Assembly: GCA_963737635.1 (NCBI GenBank)
Contig: CAVTTL010000001.1
Location: 32,001 to 96,000, forward strand
Length of the DNA: 64,000 nt
Source: an uncultured Methanoregulaceae archaeon
GTDB taxonomy: Archaea; Halobacteriota; Methanomicrobia; Methanomicrobiales; Methanospirillaceae
Reading direction: 5' to 3'
This document shows, in pieces, positions 62,111 through 64,000 of this stretch. Numbering within the stretch: position 1 is the stretch's first letter; the number at the start of each line of letters is the position of its first letter. The notes beneath the pieces were generated by a model. The model was given only the letters and a program-made list of their open reading frames with translations, made no database searches and was not told where the DNA came from. A program made the position numbers and the translations under genes.

Positions 62111-63135
62111 TGGCGATGGCAGATAAGAGTTATCTTGATTTGAAAAGCGAGGTCTGGGACACAAAAAAATGTTCGGGCTGCGGTGCCTGTGTAGCCGTCT
62201 GCCCGGCCGACGCCCTCTCCTTTGCAGAAGGAGAGATGGTGGCAACCCCGAGAAGCAATGGGTACTGTAAGCAGGCGACCGACAACGTTCCCTGTGGGGC
62301 GTGTTACGCCGTCTGCCCCAGGACCAGCGACCAGCAGAATGATACGCTTGGCGCATACCTCGAATTATTCTCAGCAAAATCAACCTTTGAGATCCCGCAC
62401 CGGCAGAGTGGCGGGGCAGTAACGGCAATTCTTGCAAATGCCCTTGATGCAGGCCTAATCGATGCCGTGGTAACCGTAACCGAAGACCCCTGGACGCTCC
62501 AGCCTTCTTCTGCGATCATTACGAAGTCCGAGATCCTTATCCGGGAAGCCGGCAGCCGGTACAGCTGGTGGGTGCCACTCCTTGCAGCACTCAAAGACGC
62601 TGCGATAACCAGGAAGTATACGAAAATTGCAGTAATCGGTGTTCCCTGCGCAGTCCAGGCCGCTGCCCGGATCCGGGCGAGTGAGAACGATCTCCTGCGT
62701 CCCTATGCTAAGGCGATCCGGCTCGTCATCGGCCTTTTCTGCACTGAGACCTTCGATTATGCGAGCCTCGTGCATGGCAAGCTCGAAAAGAAATACAAGA
62801 TTGCACCGCACGAGATACGAAAACTGGACGTTAAAGGCAGACTCGATATCTTAAAACAGGACGGGGCACATCTCTCTGTCCCACTTGCCGATCTTGAGGA
62901 CACGATCCGACCTGGGTGCCGGATCTGCACGGACTTTTCCTCACTCGGTGCCGACATTTCAGCCGGGGCGGTCGGAAGCCCGGCGGGATATACAACACTG
63001 GTCATCCGCACTGCAACAGGCAAGGGGTTTATTGAGAGTGCGGTGCGGAATAAAAGATTAGTCACTGAGCTCGGTGTTGACACTGCAGCGATAGAGAAAC
63101 TGGCTACATCCAAGATCAAGAAAAATTCCCGGTAA
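62107..63135 (+). CDS. FrhB/FdhB-family F420-binding subunit with N-terminal ferredoxin
   Basis: CSGCGACVAVCP, CGACYAVCP, QSGGAVT, GVPC, IGLFC, GC..C.DF and ADISAGAVG motifs. Confidence 0.9.
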   Translation: MMAMADKSYLDLKSEVWDTKKCSGCGACVAVCPADALSFAEGEMVATPRSNGYCKQATDNVPCGACYAVCPRTSDQQNDTLGAYLELFSAKSTFEIPHRQSGGAVTAILANALDAGLIDAVVTVTEDPWTLQPSSAIITKSEILIREAGSRYSWWVPLLAALKDAAITRKYTKIAVIGVPCAVQAAARIRASENDLLRPYAKAIRLVIGLFCTETFDYASLVHGKLEKKYKIAPHEIRKLDVKGRLDILKQDGAHLSVPLADLEDTIRPGCRICTDFSSLGADISAGAVGSPAGYTTLVIRTATGKGFIESAVRNKRLVTELGVDTAAIEKLATSKIKKNSR

Positions 63136-63499
63136 ATCTTTTTTAATCAGATAGTTTTTGTTCAGGGATAGATTCTCGTCACCTGGTCTACAACCCCAGA
63201 ATAGAGATGCTGTTGCATTGATAGTTGATTTGAATATTTTACGAGACGAAAATTGGTCACCAACCATACATCAGAAATTAACGAGATATGAGTTTAGGTA
63301 TTATTCTTAATCAATCCCTGGTAAAATTCTCCTGTCGGTGTGAGAATGCCGACCCGGATATTTGCCGCCGCGATCGTGTTTTCAGCATCTGCCCGGCCAC
63401 TATAGTTCAAAGCGTCGATAGCCGGAGAATAATCGGTATAGCCGAATGGTCTAAAAAGGATCCTCCAGAGCTCATGACAAAATAAGTAACCGGCTGTCG

Positions 63500-64000
63500 T
63501 TATCTTCTCTTTTCGCCCAATACGATAATCACAGTTCCTGTTGCTGCGATGACAATGACCGCAGAAAGTGGGGTCTCCGTGGGCGGTGTTTTCGCAGGAC
63601 TACCGACAGAGGTGAGAACGAGTATCGGCAGCGATGTTGAATTAATCACCGGCACCGGTATGGTCGTGATTGTTGTCGTCGGCAAAGAAGTCGCGAGGGC
63701 ATGGGGTGGGGATAACGTTACTATCGGGGTTGGAACCTGAGTAGGTGTGCCCAGCGCAACACTGACTTCCTGGCTGGGTGCTGCCGGGTTCTGGGCTACA
63801 ATAGAGAATGACTGTGCTGCGGTGGCTTGCGAGGTTCGAAATGCAACGACGCCAATTCCGTTCGAATCCGTGGTTACCTGGGCATAGTAACTGGTATTCG
63901 AGATCGTTGATGACGATGGAGCGACGTCGTCGAGGATCGTACGGCCGCCGCCACCATAATACTGGTAGGATCCAATAGTGTAGGGGCCGTCTGGAGGATC
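63500..64000 (-). CDS. C-terminal part of a DUF3821-like surface protein (partial)
   Basis: Manual translation: DPPDGPYTIGSYQY.GGGGRTILDDVAPS...YYAQVTTDSNG, Thr/Pro linker, TPLS + TM helix + KRR*. Confidence 0.7.
   Translation of the reverse strand, partial: DPPDGPYTIGSYQYYGGGGRTILDDVAPSSSTISNTSYYAQVTTDSNGIGVVAFRTSQATAAQSFSIVAQNPAAPSQEVSVALGTPTQVPTPIVTLSPPHALATSLPTTTITTIPVPVINSTSLPILVLTSVGSPAKTPPTETPLSAVIVIAATGTVIIVLGEKRR

Overview
Archaeal chromosomal DNA from a methanogen of the order Methanomicrobiales, Methanoregula-like. This is inferred from gene content: TBP, MCM, two RFC small subunits, archaeal PoK/PPS CoA pathway, MptD, FrhB-family subunit and DUF3821-type surface proteins. 1-27 kb is mostly housekeeping: a TnpB-like RuvC ORF at the left edge, DUF2070, a PfkB kinase, CoA biosynthesis, NMD3, TatD, MCM/RFC, an OB-fold/phosphoesterase/Lhr cluster, TBP, two acyl-CoA synthetases and tRNA-Leu(CAG). 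27-55 kb is accessory: an HTH regulator with a duplicated operator, paralogous membrane proteins, secreted PKD/protease-like proteins, an HTH-PAS sensor, and a phosphate cluster (ppk2, sixA, truncated PPDK, DUF47/PhoU-domain protein). 55-64 kb is a nitrogen-assimilation locus: glnK, two amtB, NrpR-type operators and a split glutamate synthase with an FrhB-like subunit. About 15 frame disruptions, one in the essential MCM gene, point to an unpolished long-read assembly, and many sit on AGCT or GGCC motifs. The best candidates for undescribed systems are: a PPDK-derived phospho-His/SixA/PhoU/PPK2 phosphate module; an RHH-fused acyl-CoA synthetase with an upstream inverted repeat; an HTH regulon with a shared TGTAAA-N10-TTTACA operator; a structured NrpR-controlled leader or sRNA upstream of amtB2; and a RuvC-only TnpB. 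All family assignments come from motif recognition by eye; no database searches were run.
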